From: Ginglymostoma cirratum
Taxonomy: Eukaryota
Assembly (NCBI GenBank): GCA_024137785.1
Contig: JAHRHZ010000066.1
Location: forward strand, 2,725,880 to 2,789,879
Direction of reading: 5' to 3'
Length of the DNA stretch: 64,000 bases
Shown here: positions 12,020 through 22,378 of the stretch, piece by piece
How positions within the stretch are numbered: position 1 is the stretch's first letter
How the letters are laid out: every line of letters starts with the position of its first letter
Program-made: the position numbers and the translations under genes
The notes under the pieces: model-generated
What the model was told of the DNA's origin: nothing
The model's input: only the letters and a program-made list of their open reading frames with translations
The model's database searches: none

Positions 12020-12420
12020 GAAGCTCAACATCATCGAGGTCAAATTAACCTGTCATCTACCGCCTTAAACAATTACTCTCTCCACCACCAGCAAACAGTG
12101 ACATTGGTATGTACCATCCACCAGGCGTACCATAGCAACTTCACAAGGCTCTTTCAACTGCACCTTTTAAACCTGTGGTGTCTACTACCAAGAGAAACAA
12201 CTGAAACAGGCACACAAGAGCAGAATAACCTGCAAATTCTCCTCACACTGCACCTTCACTTGGAACTGATTTGCCGCTCCATCACCATCACGGAGTCAAA
12301 ACTTTGCAATTCTGCCCCCTACAGCATCTACACCAGTTATCCTCCTTAGTGAAATCATGGATGTGCAGTAAACACTGGCCTTGCCAGCACCACTCACATA
12401 TTACAAATGAGTAAATTAAA
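12020..12420 (+). mobile_element. Decayed LINE 3' end (related copy near 49560-49890)
   Basis: Both loci share ctctccaccacc...caccttt.aaacctg...tctac.acc.ag.ag...ctgcaa.ttc.tc...caaaa and end in a ...ctgg/gag.c..gcca/gacagca tail. Confidence 0.55.
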
Positions 12421-12529
12421 ATGCAGTTATTTCTACTTGGTAGAAAGACACATTTTCTACAGTTTGGCAAGTTTCTCAATCAAATGAATCGAGCAAGTAA
12501 ACAATCTCAGCTCATGACATGCTGTATTT

Positions 12530-12860
12530 GCGGAGGTGGTGGTACAGTGGGCTTGTAATCCAGATGCCCAGAATAATGTTCTGGGGACATGGGTTTGTAC
12601 CTTGTTTTGTATTAGAAGCTAAACTAATGGCGTCACTTTCAATTGTCATAAAATATCTATCTGGTTCACTAATGCTGTTTTGGAAAGGAAATCTACCTAC
12701 CATGTGCGGTCTTGCCTACAATGCTAAAGTGCTACAAAGACAGCAATATTGTCGACTTTAAGTGCCCTCTGAAATGACCTACCAATCCACTTAGTTCATG
12801 AGCAATGGAGGTTGGGCCAAAATGCCAGCCTTTCCTACATCCTATGCATGGAAAATAAAA
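12530..12860 (+). mobile_element. tRNA-derived SINE with LINE-type tail (related copies near 36440-36590, 62620-62975)
   Basis: Shared motifs g.aatccagag/atgccc...atctggttc.ctaatg...ggaagg.aa.ct.cc...gactct.aa.tgccc/ctct. Confidence 0.6.
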
Positions 12861-13649
12861 TAGCTAAGAAATAACAGTCTAGCTATCTTCATTAGTGTAA
12901 TACAACTTTATCTGTCTATCTTTAAATGTATGCAACAACAATGTATTAATAACACAGCCTACCACTTACAGTGAATTCTCTCTGGTATCTGTCAGCTTAG
13001 ATATGTTGAAAGTCATGCAGTTCAAACTGCTTGGTGTCAGCACAAGATACTATTTCATCCATGGAAGAAAATAAAGCTAAACAGATTGTAGGATGGTGAA
13101 ATAATTGAAAATGCAGATGCGCGTACTGCATCTCAGATTATATTTATGGTAATTATCAAAGTAAAATATCCCAAAATGTAACATTGATCTAAAAGTAGAA
13201 TGTGCTATTAAATGCTATTAAACACAAATGATATTGTGGATGTAATTGTGAGGTAAGCAGATCATGTGTTTCTTCAAAGCTAGCCCTGGATATCATGAAC
13301 TAGTGCTTGACAAAAAGGAATCATTTTACACATGCAACACTATGAGGTAATAGAAAAGGTCAACTTGCACCACAGCTTCAGCAGGAATGATATTTTGACA
13401 GATCCCTTGACGAGATATTGACAGAATCCACTTATACAATTGCAGTTGACAATTCAAGGCATTAAAAGATCTGCAGCTTTTGTTTCCTGTCCTCTCCAAG
13501 ACACAACCTAAACCTTCTTCTGGTTTCAGCTGAAACATTCTATCATTGATAATTATTAACTTGGGTGCAGAGTTGAGCAAAGGTATTTACAACTTTTGTA
13601 GGTTCTACCATCACCAGGTTTGGCTGCATCAGATCAAGTATTAATATAC

Positions 13650-14860
13650 ATTGTCCTTCACCAACACCATTTACCACTCCAGGATCATTGCGGAAAGCAA
13701 AAATGCTGCAGAGAGTTTCTCTTCTCACTGCTGTCTCCCTGAAACCCTATCCCCAGTGACTTTCACCTTCACTCCCAGGAAAATGTGTATGTGCAGCTCT
13801 CACACTCTCTTGCACACCAGCAACTTTAGTGCCATCTTCATAATTAGCAACCCTCTTCCCCTTGACCACGAAGCCAAATCTCTCATCTCGGTTGCCCACT
13901 ACATTAGCTCTGAATTCACATCTTTGTTTACTTGATCACACAATGTCTTTTCTGCCATGTCTGAACTCACCTTGTTTATCAGACCTCTTCCTTCCCTTCC
14001 TTTAACACAATCATCCAGCATCCAAATGCTCCTTATGCTAGTCTCCTTACAATTACCACCCGTTCCCTTTCAAAGCTTTAAAAAACACCTTTACCTCTCT
14101 GTCTCTGTGTCACTGCTCCATCTCATACTCCCTTTCTACTCCACCATTCTTGAATCACTTATTATCCCCCAAATTATTGTCCACAATTCATGCAACTCCG
14201 AGTTTGAATCTCTCCTACACCATCGCAGCACTGAAATAGCCCTAAAAAAGTTGCAAAAGACATCCTCTGTGAATGCAGCCAAAGCATGTATCTTCTTCAA
14301 ACTTCAACACACAATCATCCTCCAATGCTACTCTGCCATCGTTCAAGTCAGCAGGACTGCCTCAACTCAATTCCACTCTGACTTATCCAATTCATTTCCA
14401 GATCTTCCGCTCCTGCATTTGTAACGCTCCAGTCCCTGAGGGATCTACCCAAGGCCCCATCTCTTCAGTATATATATGCTGGCTCTTGGCATTTTCAATC
14501 ATAGGTATGAAGCCAGCTTCCACTTGTAAACCTGTGGACATTGAGCCCCAACTCCCCATTGAATCTGTTGACCTTTCCAATGTCTGCATTGTTTGTCCGC
14601 TTGTCCAATGACCAGTCTTGAATTGAACACAATTATTCTCAGTGTCAGGTTAAAAACTCAAGGTCGGTTCCCTTTCAGAAACTCTATTGTCATTTACAGT
14701 CCTCTTTAATAATCACCTCTTTGACCAAGTGTTTGAACACTTTCCTTGTTATCTGATCCGCTTGCTCAGCATCCATTAATTCTGATTACACCTCTGTGAA
14801 GAGTCTCAAGACATTTTTCTACATTGAAGACAATATATAAACCACAGGTGTTGTTGTGGA
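13650..14860 (+). mobile_element. Decayed L2-like LINE (RT remnant and 3' tail)
   Basis: HHRSTEIALKK, HTIILQ and VPEGSTQGP resemble L2/CR1 RT motifs HSTETAL, DHTILL and GVPQGSVLGP. L2-like tail ctgtgaag...tataaa...gttgttg. Confidence 0.7.
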
Positions 14861-15242
14861 TGTTATTCCTCCGACATACAAGTCACAAGATCCAGGCATC
14901 AAAATGGAGGTACTCTTGGAGACATAATAACAATTACATATTTTTGATGGACCAAGCAGGATAAACACGTGAAATAGAGAAGAATCTCTCCAATCCAGCG
15001 GCAACGTCTGGGCCACAGTTACAGCCTTTGTCACTGGTGGCCACCTGAGAGTGTTGAAGCCACTAGCTCCAATGGTCACTGGATTGCCACAAAGAGAGGG
15101 AGAGTGCTCCGCCACTGGCAAAACACCATCCAGTGCTCCAAATGAGTCTTAAATATGCAGACTGCAAGTCAGCCACCTTTTCTGGGCAGCTGATTTGCTG
15201 TCGGCCTGTCTCCTTGGCATTGGGAATATACGGTGAATCATA

Positions 15243-15625
15243 TGCCCCCTAGTTTTGAACTCCCTCACCCTAGGGAAACGACCTTTGCTATTCACCTTAT
15301 CTATGTCCCTCATGTTTATAAAATTATCTAGAAGGTTACCCCTTAACCTCCACTGAGGGTTACCCTTCAATGCTCCAATGAAAAAAAAACCCAGTGGGTC
15401 CAGCCTCTCCTTATAACTCAAACCCTCCAGTCCCAGTAACATCCTCATTAATGTTTTCTGCAACCTCTCCAATTTAATAATGTCCTTCCTATAGCAGGGC
15501 AATCAGAATTGAACACAGTCCTCCAAAAGTGGCCTCACCAATGTTCTGCGCAACCTAACATGATGTCCCAACTCCTATGCTCAATGAAGGCAAATTTGCC
15601 AAACTACTTCTTAATCACCCTGTCT
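15243..15625 (-). mobile_element. CR1-clade (HER1-like) LINE fragment
   Basis: PCYRKDIIKLERLQK...MLLGLEGLSYKERLD.LG...RLRGNL...MRDIDKVNSKGRFPRV.EFKTRGH. Confidence 0.88.
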
Positions 15626-16394
15626 AGGTTTTGCTGCTATATTTATACATAGACTGCAGAGGACCTGTGAAGACCATTCAGCCTTTGAACCTGCTCTGTC
15701 AGACAATGAAATCATGATTAACCTGATAGATATCTCAACTCCACTTTCCTGTCTGCCCCTCATGCCCCTTCAGTCCTTGATCTATCAAAAAATCTGACTA
15801 ATTTATCCTCGAATAAATTCAATGACCCAGCCTCCACTGCTTTCACTGCTGAGAATTCCCCATCTTAACCACCCTCTCAAAGGAAATATTTCTGCTGAAC
15901 TCCATCTTAAAAGCGAGGCCACTTACTTTTGACAATTCCATTTCAGAACTGAAATTCAAAGCAGTTTACAGAACACCCTAGATTTTGTTGTGTTGAATTC
16001 ACTACAATGTCCTTCTGCCAACTGGAACAAAGATACAAGGAAGCATTAAGGAAGTGCCTCTAGGCTGCTTAATCTTGGAAGTAACAGAATGCCTGTTGCC
16101 TTTTCTACCACTTTTTGTTCAGACATATAACATAGTAACTGGCACAACTGTAAACAACATTGACGTACAGGTACCATCAGCTTTCATAAAACAAAGCATC
16201 CGTAGTTCCTTCGGTATTTAAAATGTAGGATTATGTACCAAATGAGTCGAAGATTTCCTCTAGATAACTATTTAAGATCATTTGAAAGGGTTATGGGCAC
16301 TGACATCTGCCATTTCATTCACAAACATCCTATTTCTGAAACTTTTCAAGCTCACACTTTCTAACTGATCAATGCAGCCTAACATCTAACTTAC

Positions 16395-16415
16395 CTGGAG
16401 TTACTGCAGAAGAAG
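16395..16415 (-). CDS. AUTS2: Putative 21-nt AUTS2 cassette microexon (adds ASSAVTP)
   Basis: tgtttttccatgtctacttgttctag|CTTCTTCTGCAGTAACTCCAG|gtaagt: consensus acceptor and donor, symmetric phase 1, open in the AUTS2 frame. Confidence 0.7.
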
Positions 16416-16693
16416 CTAGAACAAGTAGACATGGAAAAACAATGAGATTCATACAATCAATGAATCAGGGAGAGACATTCAGTTACACCTTCATAGTTAT
16501 GGCAAATTTATACAGTAAAGACATTGCTGCACAGTATCTAAATCTCATGTTAAGTCCAGTGCGCAAAGTGCTCATGATCGAATGATTTCAGCTTCTCTGT
16601 TCCTTTGTTTTGAAGTTCCTGGATGGACTACCATTCCCATTACTAGTATATCAACCGATTGGAAATGGATTTGTTGGAAAGTGCGTCACTCAC

Positions 16694-16947
16694 CTGAATA
16701 TCCAGCCCCAGCAGGGTGCCCTGGAACCTGAAGTGCACTTGACGTCAGTGGAGGAGGTGGTGGTAGAGCTGAATGGGGGGCAAACATAGTGGGATGATGC
16801 GAATGATTTGCAGGCTGCAAACTAGGAGTAAAAGTATGTGAAGTGTTGTGGGCTGCTAGCGCCAAAGAAAAACTTGGAGTGGAAGGATGATGAGAAATGT
16901 GCACTGCAGGAGCTTGAGGTTTGACTGGAGTGCTGCTTCTGCTGCTG
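16694..16947 (-). CDS. AUTS2: AUTS2 coding exon (exon 8 equivalent)
   Basis: Acceptor ctctctttctcag|C, donor TCAG|gtgagt, 254 nt, phases 2 to 1. Encodes [22 protein letters not shown]...[37 protein letters not shown]. Confidence 0.96.
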
Positions 16948-17813
16948 CTGAGAAAGAGAGACAGAGAGGGAGAAACAAAACAAACACAAAATGAGATTCA
17001 TGAGGAGGCTTCATAAACTATTTATACTGAACACTAACAATCACATGCAAACTCATTTACAATTTATCGATACTGTACTTCTATTAATGTCTGTGGCTTT
17101 TAGACATATAGCGGAGGGTTAATTCTCTCTCATTCCTATCTCCTGTGAATCAATTACATTAAAATAATTGAGTAAAATTCTTGAATTGGGAATGAAATCA
17201 CAATTTACTTTTCAAAAAGAGCTGTTGCCACAATTGAAACAATTTATGAAGCAGCTGTCCGTGTTCTTGTCGATTGAAAAACACAATAGCCAATTGGAGA
17301 TTTAGGGGGAGCCAAGTTCAAATCAACAGGCTCTGCCAATTTAGTCATCTCAGCCACATTTCCTCCTCCTGATTTCTAACCACTCATACCTGTTGGACAC
17401 CATGTGGATGTCCGGTCAAGTTTGATTATAATGTCTTATACTGATGGCTTCATCAGTCGGCTGATAAGCAACAAATGCAGACTGATCTCTTGAAACTATG
17501 GCTGATGAGTCAGGAGAAGAGCAGGCAAAACTTGAAGGAAGTAACGTCGAGCTTGATACGCCACCTAACAAACTAGCACTTTTGCTACAATGTAATACCC
17601 AAGTCGGTATTCATCAAACTATCACACAAAGTTTGAATTCATATTCACTTTTCCTCACGCTCCAGTCCCATTTTATCACCTCAATATGAGATTGACAGTG
17701 GCTGTTAGAAACTTCCTCCGGTATATTCAAACAGCACCGAGAGCTGAAGGTCATGTATTAAATTCCAATTGACCCATGTATCAGGGAGATTATAAATAAT
17801 CCCAAATCCTCAC

Positions 17814-18495
17814 CTTACACTGTTTAGGCTGAGGCTGCTGCTGTATACGGAAAGGGATTGTGGAAGGCTCCGAGACGTAGGCCGAGATGGAAGCTGACTT
17901 TGAACAACTGGCTGAGCAGGAGAAGGGGGCTGGGGCTGGTGCAGAGGAGTCTGGGCCTGGGCTTGAGCCTGAGCCTGAGCCTGAGCCTGAGATATGGGCT
18001 GAGGTTGAGGCTGGGGGAGAGGTACAGATTGGGGTAGAGGCACAGGTTGGGGCTGAGATGGAACTAAGGGTTGGGATTGTGGTTGGCCTTGCCCCTGGGA
18101 TTGTGACAGAGCTTTTGACTGTTGCTGGGGCAGAAACTGTGGCAGCTGAGGCTGCGCAGGAACTGGAGAGCAAAGTTTCGACTGGGATTGCGACTGGAGT
18201 TGGGGTTGGATTTGGGATTGGGGTTGGGGTTGAGGTTGGGGCTGGGGTGGGGGTGGGGGCTGGGTTTGTGGTTGGGGCTGAGGTAGGGGTAGGGGCAGGG
18301 GCTGGGTCTGGGTCTGGAGTGGGGTCTGAGCCTTGGCACTAGACTCTTTAGTCACAGCAAGCAGAAGCAGCTGGTCTTTACAGCCCTCTTGACTTTTCTC
18401 TTGACTTCGTTCTAGCCCTGATATTTTACGGACATTTGGTCCTCTTGCTTCTCGGTTGTCATTTGTTGTTAGTGCGCTGACACTGAAGTCAGTAA
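17814..18495 (-). CDS. AUTS2: AUTS2 coding exon (human exon 7 equivalent), Pro/Gln-rich region
   Basis: Acceptor ctgttctcttggcag|TT (phase 1), donor GTAAG|gtgagg (phase 2), 682 nt. Encodes ISGLERSQEKSQEGCK...QSLSVYSSSLSLNSV, matching AUTS2 SGLERSQEKSQDCCK...YNSSSLSLNSL. Confidence 0.95.
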
Positions 18496-20188
18496 CTGCC
18501 AAGAGAACAGAAATAATAGATTAAAATGCACACTCGCAATTGCAATACAATTGATTTTAGTACAACGTTATTGATAAAGCATCATGCTTTGCATTACTCA
18601 GCAGCTTGTATTCATCGAAACTTAAAATTCACTAAAATAACAAATTTAAAAAACTAACTTTAGATGAAATAGGTGAATCTGTAAAACTGCTCCTGTGCTG
18701 TCAGGGCAACTTGGAGAAACAATATTCATTTTTGTCTAATTCTCTCTCACTGAAGTATAGCCAGAGTTACTGAAGATTATTTCTAACAGTGACAGTAGAT
18801 ACAGATTCCAGACGATAGTCAACTTGTTCTGTGATGTTATTACACAGCTCTGGAGCAGGTGGGACTTAAACCCAGGCCTCGTGGCCCAGAGGTAGGGACA
18901 TAGATCCCAAAGGATTTCACAAGGATATATCCTCATCACTTGTTGCAAGTGACAAGGATGCTTTATTCAACTCGACCAACTCGCCACATTTTGTTTCTGA
19001 ACAGGAGTCACACTGGCACAAAACAACTGGTTCTCTCTCCAGAGAAGCTGCAACACCTGTTGTGTTTCTCCAATATTTTCAGCGTTTATTTAACTGCATT
19101 TCCTCTAATATTGTGTCGACAAATGCCACAAACAGACGTAAAAGGGACATGGAGTCTGCCTCCAGCGGCCACCGCTATGAACAGAAATAAATTTTCTGAC
19201 ATAAATACCAAGAAACAAGACTGGAGCAAAGAATAGCGAATGCTTTTCATTTTACATTTATACAGTTTATACATGACATCTACACTTCTCTCCATTTTTC
19301 CTCTCTCGATCAAGCCTCTCCCAATGTTTGAACCAAGCTTAACCAAAATTGTTCACTTCTCAATGTTTTCAGATGATGTTACACAAAATATTTAATCCAA
19401 ATAATTTCATTGTATTGTATTTCTTAATGTTCTACCTGCTGTTAATCACCACAGTTAATAAACAGCTAAGTGCTTGCGTATGTACGTGCCTGCCCTCAGT
19501 AAATGAAATTTTGAACCATCTAAACTGCTTGTAGCTTTACAAGGAAAGTTCTTTTCCCCCCTTTATAGATAATGAGATATAGTCTTGATCTACATTTGTT
19601 TATTCACAGATCTCAAAGTTGCGAGAGTCAGAAATGTTTGTTGCTAAACTAAATACCATACATGTAACACATTTAAAAAAGGACTTAAATATTAATACAA
19701 ACAACCTTGATCAGAAAAGTCCTGATTTCACATGAATTAATCAGGAATGCTAATTTAATGAATAGTATTAATGTCATGATAATAGAGAAATTAATGTCAG
19801 AAATTTCCATTTTGCTAATCAACACTCTGGGCTGAACCTTATATTTTATTGGCTAAGTGCCAGTTCAATAGATTTTTTTTTGAAGGCTTTTCACCACATG
19901 GCCCAGAGAGATTTCTCACCGTATCTTACCAAACTGACCCCATCAACTACCTATGCCCCATGGGATACCATTCATTCGATTTTACTCCCATCTCAGCATG
20001 TACTGTTCTCGGAAGAATTCACGACTCAGCAGATATCCGTCAAAAGACTGACACCCATGTTCTGTTGATGTCGGGATTCTGTAAACACCATTTCTCAGTC
20101 ATTGCCCAGCTCTGGACGATCACATGTAGGCAAACATTCGGACTATTCCAAAGATGAGCTTTTATTTACAGTCAGTGAAATTGAACAT

Positions 20189-20482
20189 GGCACAGTGGCT
20201 CAGTGGTTAGCACTGCTGCCTCACAGCGCCAAGGACCTGGCTTCCATTCCACTCTCAGGCGACTGTCTGTGTGGAGTTTGCACATTCTCCCCGTGTCTGC
20301 GTGGGTTTCCTCCCACAGTCCAAAGATGTGCAGGTTAGGTGGATTGGCCATGCTAAATTGCCCGTAGTGTTCAGAGATGTTTAGGTTAGGGGAATGAGTC
20401 TGGGAGGGATGTTCTGAGGGTCAGTACGGACTTGTTGGGCCAAAGGGCCTGTTTACACACTGAAGAGATTCTATGATTCTAT
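20189..20482 (+). mobile_element. HE1 SINE (V-SINE family)
   Basis: tRNA-like head ggcacagtggctcagtggttagcactgctgcctcacag, V-core tgtgtggagtttgcacattctccccgtgtctgcgtgggtttcc, HER1-like tail gggcctgttt.cacactg. Confidence 0.92.
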
Positions 20483-20739
20483 AAACCAACCAATGCTGTT
20501 GCTGACTCCCAAAATGCAAACCAAATGTTGGCATCATAGGCGACAATTATTTTACTTTCCGAGACGGTCTGCTACACTGAGCTCTCATGTATTGAAACTC
20601 GGTATCAATGATGTCCTGCCTGACAATGTAACGTCCAGTGCAGCTGCGCTCTGTCATGCGCAAGGAGAGCTTCTCACTCCCCAATGTCCTCGTCCTCGGA
20701 AAGAATTTTCTTGGTCTCTTAGCTCCTCAGTATCTATCA

Positions 20740-21600
20740 CATCGCCTTGTTCCTTGCTGTAATTGTACAGAGCACAGCAGGCCAGGGTGATGCAGCACAC
20801 CGTGCCCACAGAATATCAGGGTGCTTGCTGCTCCCAAACCAAACCAAGCAGTAGAATGGCACATTCAGCAGCCCTATCATCTGCTCCACCATAGCCCTGG
20901 GTGAAGAATGGATGGCATTGTATCTACACTATGTATCAGCCAGGGGGTTGCACAATGTTGTCATGAGACATGGTCGCAGTGCATAGCCCTTGTCCCCACG
21001 AACCAATCTTACTCGTTTCTGGCACCTCAAACACACCAGATACACCAGAGTGCCAGAGGATGGAGGAGTCACGGCAGCTGCCAGGGTAATGGGCACACAC
21101 ATCTCTAAGAAAGTGGTAACTGATCAGCTACACATTAATGGAAAGGAAGCCCTTCCTGTTGATGATTTCCACAGTGTTGTGATACTGCCCACTCAGTGCC
21201 ACATGTGTGCAGTGGATAGCACCCTGCATCTGGGGGAAGCCAGCTATATTTCTGAATCCTACTGCCCGGGCTGCAGCTCTGACCTCACCACTGGGGAAAC
21301 GAAATGAACCGGTGTGACCAGTTCAAAGGCATCATCACTCTTCTGATATATTTGTAGGTGCATGACTGGAAGACCCCAAAAACGTCACCTATCACTTTCA
21401 GGAAGAAGCCAGCAGCAGAGAGAGAGAAAGTGGCTGTCACCTTCACAGCCAGTGGGAGAGGATGGCCTACTGCTCCTGTAGTTCTCACATCTCACTCCAG
21501 CACCTGGCACAGATCCGCCACCAACTCCTAACAGGCAAGAAGACCGAGTGTTGACTTGGTGCCTTGATCATGCCCAGGAAATGCGCTCGGGAGTGAAAAA
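20740..21600 (-). mobile_element. PIF/Harbinger transposase remnant
   Basis: Pieces read LPLAVKVTATFS...IGDVFGVFQS, AGFPQMQGAIHCTHVA, INRKGFLSINV*LI and GDKGYALRP.LMT, i.e. HARBI1-type DDE motifs with stops and frameshifts. Confidence 0.8.
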
Positions 21601-22280
21601 CTCTGGTCCTCCTTTCAGACTCAGAAAACTGAAGGGACACTGCACTTGCAACCTCTGCCTGAGCTGGGTGCTCCTTGTCCAATGTAGCAGCTACTGCTGC
21701 TCCTGGGCTCGGCATCAGGCCTGGTCCTCCTGTATCTGCCTTCAGCTTCTTAGGAAGGCAGCTACAATGACCAACATCGCATCAGCAGCATGGTGCTGCA
21801 CTCTCAGCAGAAAAGGCCTGTTTTGGGAACAGAAGGAGCAAAAGTCTCAGGTCTCAGAACAGTCAGTGATGACACACCCTGTAAACGAGGTCTGCACAAA
21901 TGTCTCCATACAGCAAGACCTGCTACATCCCAATAACAAAGTCATGTCTTCATTAAGAGCTCAGCTTCAGCCTCAGCATGTGTTTAACGAGATTTTAACT
22001 GCGACCCCGTCACATCCCAGACCTACATCAATATTCAATTTCTCACTGCATTCAGTTGAATCCATCATTAAATTTACATGACAGACAATAAAGTAATGGT
22101 GTCCACCTCCCACAGCACTGTTGGAAGTTGCACAAGTGATGGGTCGCTTTTAGCCAGCCTTCCTCTCTTTTCAAGTCACTGCCACTAACTTCTGCATTAC
22201 TGAGGTGCTAATGTTCAATTTGCAAGTGACAAAGATGACAATGAAATGATTGCAAATGAAATGCGACTGGTGTTTGTAAA

Positions 22281-22378
22281 GAGATAGTAGGAACTGCCGA
22301 TGCCGGAGAATCTGAGATTACAAGGTGTAGAGCTGGATGAACACAGCAGGCCAGGCAGCATCAGAGGAGCAGAAAATG
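22281..22378 (-). mobile_element. Short Penelope-like 3' terminal fragment
   Basis: Near-identical to 9090-9185. Confidence 0.8.

Noticed and set aside
11807-12349. 180-aa plus-strand ORF
   Set aside because: Non-ATG start, overlaps a decayed LINE 3' end, and has no recognisable host domain.
17887-18342. 151-aa plus-strand Gly/Val/Ala/Glu-rich ORF (and other overlapping frames)
   Set aside because: Antisense or off-frame shadow of the low-complexity AUTS2 exon 7.
20189-20260. tRNA-like sequences here and at 28681, 32657 and 34576
   Set aside because: These are SINE heads that run into SINE bodies; no complete cloverleaf.
21548-22081. 177-aa plus-strand ORF
   Set aside because: Lies antisense to or beside the Harbinger remnant, with no recognisable motif.
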